A DNA stretch of 64,000 bases. Origin: Reclinomonas americana ATCC 50394 (taxonomy: Eukaryota). The notes under the pieces are model-generated. The model was not told where the DNA came from. It searched no databases and saw nothing but the letters and a program-made list of their open reading frames with translations. The number at the start of each line of letters is the position of its first letter. The stretch's first letter is position 1. Shown piece after piece: positions 62,101 to 64,000 of this stretch. Made by a program: the position numbers and the translations under genes. Where the stretch lies: assembly GCA_048213135.1 (NCBI GenBank), contig PS015419.1, forward strand, positions 42,198 through 106,197, read 5' to 3'.

Positions 62101-64000
62101 GAAGCACGAAGCTCGATAAGAACCTCACTAAATAAGCACAATACACGCGCGGCCACACAAACCGCCTCCTGCTTCTGCTGCTCCAAGTCGACTTCGTCCT
62201 TGTGCAAACTCTCCGCCAGCGAGAGGAACTCGGTCATCTTTTGTCGGGCGTGTTGAACCAGCTCCGTCACGTGACTTTGTGTCTGCGTTTGCGCACACAG
62301 TGAGTCGCCACATGAAGAGGGGAGACTGCAACGACAACATACATACCTTGCGAAACTCACTCGGCACGTGACTGTCGGTGACCAGAAACGCACATCGCTT
62401 CGCAATCACGGCGCACTTCTCCTCGCACACCGACACCAACTGACGCAGCGTCGGCAGCGTGTCGAATCCGCCCTGCAGCGCCAGTGTGCGTGGCGTGCTG
62501 GCGCGCCCGTCGTAGCCTACACACACACAGTCAGCAGGGACACACACACACACACACCAGATAACAGAGAGCGCATGCCACTCGCCATTCGCCGGTGTGC
62601 TGGGCGACGAGTTCGACGAGCTGGCCACCAGATCGGCGCCGCCAGCCACATGGTCGGCCAGGATCTCGACCTGTCGCAGTTGCATCAACTATGCGAGCGG
62701 AGGGTGAGCGACAACGAACGAACAAGCAACCACGCTTTCCACCACCGCGGCCAACCTTCTCGTCAATCAACGCCTCGTACGTCTGCACCGACTTGAACAG
62801 TGACACCGGGTTGGGGTCGTGATCGATCAGCACCAGCGTGGCTTGCGCCACACGGTCGACCAACGACGGATATTTCTGCATGCGCGTGGAGGAGGAGCAC
62901 ACCGGTTTCATATTGCGGATTCACAGATCACGTACATGGACAACTGACTCACCTCGGAGAGATGGAGAAACTGGCGACTGAGAAAGTCCAACCGCCGCAG
63001 CAGAGTAATATGGTCCTGTTGGCGCAGCGACGGTCAGCAATGCAAGTGAGTGAAGGTGCCTTTCCAACACACTCGTACACACACACACACCTCATCGACA
63101 CCTCTGCGACATGCAACACCACCACAGCAGTGAGGAATCATTGGGGGTCTGGTGGCAATGCAAATCGACCAACTCACCGCAGCAGGAAGCCAAAGAGTGA
63201 CTTGACCGACGACACGTCTTCGTGCGGGTACAGCAAGCACGAGCGGAAAATGTCGGCCACCGTTTCGCTCTTCATCAGCACCTGCTCGTCGCTACTGTGA
63301 GACACACGACACACAGAAGAGACATGCGGGTACTGCACGCACATCGCGGAATGTGTGCATGCGACCAGAGGCGTCAACGTATTGTGGCGCACGACTAAAC
63401 GTGCCGACACCATCGCGGCCTTCGGAGAGTTTGCGAATGAGAATGTTAAAGTACACACTCCGCACCGGCTGCGCGCCGCAAAGTCAGTCAGGAATCACCT
63501 AAACCCCGCAACAAAAGGATGGGTACGAACCGGTCGGAGGCACTCGTCGCGCGCAATTTCAAAGCACTGGTGCAACTCGTCCACCGTCTGCGCACTGTCG
63601 ATGCGGCGAATGAGCATCTCCACCAGCGACAACTCCTGCATCATGCGGACATGCATCGTCAGCAACAATACCAATGACAAAGACGCACACACACGCGTGC
63701 ATACGGGCACGCAACATCCGACGGGATGGCATCCTCCGAGTGCAGCGACTGCGTGTCGACCGCAGCCACCACAGACGACACCGACGACGACGCGGAGCCG
63801 CTCGGCGCCGACACCTTGGTTTGTGCCGGCGGCTGATGCACCTGCAAGTACGACAGCGGCGGGTCTCGAGCCGACGGCAGGCGTGCCGACACTGAGCTGT
63901 CGACGCTACTCGACAGACCACGCAGGGTGCCACCACCGCCACCATGTTCATCATCATCGTCCTCTTCGTCGTCATCCTCCTCGTAGGCTTCATCGTCGTC
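59106..64000 (-). CDS. Large multi-exon coiled-coil protein with long Gln/Ala/Ser/Pro low-complexity C-terminus (5' partial)
   Basis: Series of GT-AG bounded exons with heptad-like sequence (EQELEWQERMDQLTERE...) and a ~600-codon terminal exon with polyQ tracts. No family recognised. Confidence 0.7.
59870..59948 (-). repeat. CAG/CAA coding repeat (polyglutamine)
   Basis: tgc/tgt triplet run on + strand within ORF 59106..60962. Confidence 0.9.

Noticed and set aside
1-64000. Alternative genetic code or stop-codon reassignment
   Set aside because: Apparent internal stops in conserved genes fall in GT-AG introns. TAA (Ras), TAG (VPS29) and TGA (P450) each end genes at the expected place.

Overview
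Gapped draft assembly of a compact, intron-dense eukaryotic genome, most likely a flagellated protist since IFT54, RIB43A and DRC3 are present. It uses the standard code, with TAA, TAG and TGA all ending genes. Manual splicing supports about 20 genes: TMEM209-like, IFT54, RIB43A, an RNF212/Zip3-like RING protein, a cytochrome P450, a Ras/Rap GTPase, a ~12 kb MYCBP2/Highwire-like RING-Cys-relay E3 ligase, DRC3, ALG6, STT3, VPS29, a class II HDAC, a divergent actin-related protein, REX1-B, an HSL-type esterase, a 7TM-RGS protein and a partial coiled-coil gene. An intron-poor block at ~48-56 kb holds a TM-anchored P-loop NTPase, a macrodomain gene, an orphan ORF and a WD40 gene with near-identical repeats bracketed by direct repeats. 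The most striking signals concern splicing. The conserved C-terminal zinc/catalytic motif of the MYCBP2-like gene can be rebuilt from a chain of 11-, 5-, 20-, 17-, 3-, 2- and 2-nt exons. Many donor sites read GTTGCGT/GTTGAGT, which is the common donor motif with one extra T at +3. All gene models were built by eye, without RNA data or database searches.
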